DNA of 63,398 bases, filler included, from Octopus bimaculoides (taxonomy: Eukaryota): the NCBI RefSeq assembly GCF_001194135.2. It is 5 parts of 4 records of this genome, joined end to end, with 100 filler letters (N's around TTAATTAATTAA, not from the genome) between each part and the next. Parts side by side here need not be neighbours in the genome. Positions count along the whole stretch, not along the records: positions 60,104 to 63,398 come from NC_068988.1; 4 more parts are not named here. The stretch is one strand, 5' to 3'. Shown piece by piece: positions 62,485 through 63,398 of the stretch (positions within the stretch are counted from its first letter, which is position 1; each line of letters begins with the position of its first letter). The notes under the pieces are model-generated. The model did no database searches and had not been told where the DNA came from. It saw only the letters and a program-made list of their open reading frames with translations. A program made the position numbers and the translations under genes.

Positions 62485-62994
62485 GATATCAATACCATAA
62501 AGAGGAGAAATGACACACCTCCGATATAGCATTGGAATATGTTAATTGACTACGGAAAATTTTGAAGAAATTAGAGAAAAAAGGAAGTCCTTATAATCTG
62601 CAGAGGCTTATACACACAAGTAATTGTTGGCAGACTGTATTACAACGCAAATGCTTGAGGGAGAGGATTATTAACGGTAAAGATAATCCCGGAATAGAGG
62701 CAGTAGGTATCACGTTCCGTGCAGCGATGTGCTGATGTCGATCGTACATTAAGAGAGGTGATACTATCTGAAGGATGGAGATCAAAGTGAAGTAATCCAA
62801 TAAAACTGTAATAAGAAGTATTGAAGAATTTTCGATGCTTTTCCAACATATTCAGGGGTTGTGAGTCTTTCGTCCTGTTTCAATAAGGCTGAATCTACTC
62901 AGGATCTTGTTCAGATGTGTACATGTCTTGATCACAATGCTTTTGAAAATACAACGTCAGATCGTCTTCAGATACTGCTAACCCAGCTGCTAAG

Positions 62995-63038
62995 CTACTG
63001 CTAAGCTGCTGCTGCTGCTACTACAACTACTACTACTG

Positions 63039-63115
<77 letters not shown>

Positions 63116-63146
63116 GCTGCAGCTCCTGCTGCTACTACTACTACTA

Positions 63147-63212
<66 letters not shown>

Positions 63213-63215
63213 GTG
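62995..63215. repeat. Compound trinucleotide microsatellites (TGC, TAC, TAA)
   Basis: Tandem units. Confidence 0.95.
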
Positions 63216-63398
63216 CCACCATTACTGACGATGATAATGATTATGATGGCGGTCGTAGTCGTAATAGTAGTAGTCGTATTAGCCATTTGGTCGCGTGTGT
63301 TTCTACTTAATATAATTCAGTTCGCATTATAATCAATAGTTAAACATACACACACATAAATGCATACATATACATATTCATGGATATATATATATATA

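Noticed and set aside
10-63286. Numerous ORFs made of YI/HT/CV/RE/SL dipeptides or homopolymers
   Set aside because: Translations of di-, tri- and tetranucleotide microsatellites
1-63398. CRISPR array, rRNA or prokaryotic operon
   Set aside because: No repeat-spacer periodicity, no rRNA-like sequence and no gene-dense coding; all content is eukaryotic repeat DNA

Overview
Repeat-rich, AT-rich animal genomic DNA with many N gaps. The SINE families and dense (TA)n/(CA)n/(TACA)n/(TAA)n microsatellites suggest an Octopus assembly, but that is an inference from recognition, not a database match. The window is not one locus: four identical 100-bp spacers (44 N + TTAATTAATTAA + 44 N) join five separate pieces (1-13922, 14023-22071, 22172-46482, 46583-60003, 60104-63398). 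I could not support any host protein-coding gene, true tRNA/rRNA gene or CRISPR array; most ORF-track entries are microsatellite or N-gap artefacts. Supported content is transposon-derived: four mariner elements (three with both TIRs and TA TSDs), a hAT-type MITE with an 8-bp TSD, two Helitron/Helentron-like non-autonomous elements, a Tigger-like remnant, LINE fragments (Tx1/L1, CR1-like, RTE, R4/Dong-type RLE), several Penelope-like elements and at least four tRNA-headed SINE types. The most interesting observations are: (i) a well-formed type I hammerhead ribozyme (5921-5989) inside an unclassified repeat with a hairpin-rich 3' part; (ii) minimal hammerhead motifs in Penelope-type termini; (iii) a fold-back Penelope dimer centred on the RT catalytic motif, with a different deletion in each arm; (iv) RLE retrotransposon pieces bounded by (TACA)n, suggesting microsatellite targeting; (v) an R4/Dong element split by a local inversion and carrying a (GTA)21 expansion inside its endonuclease.
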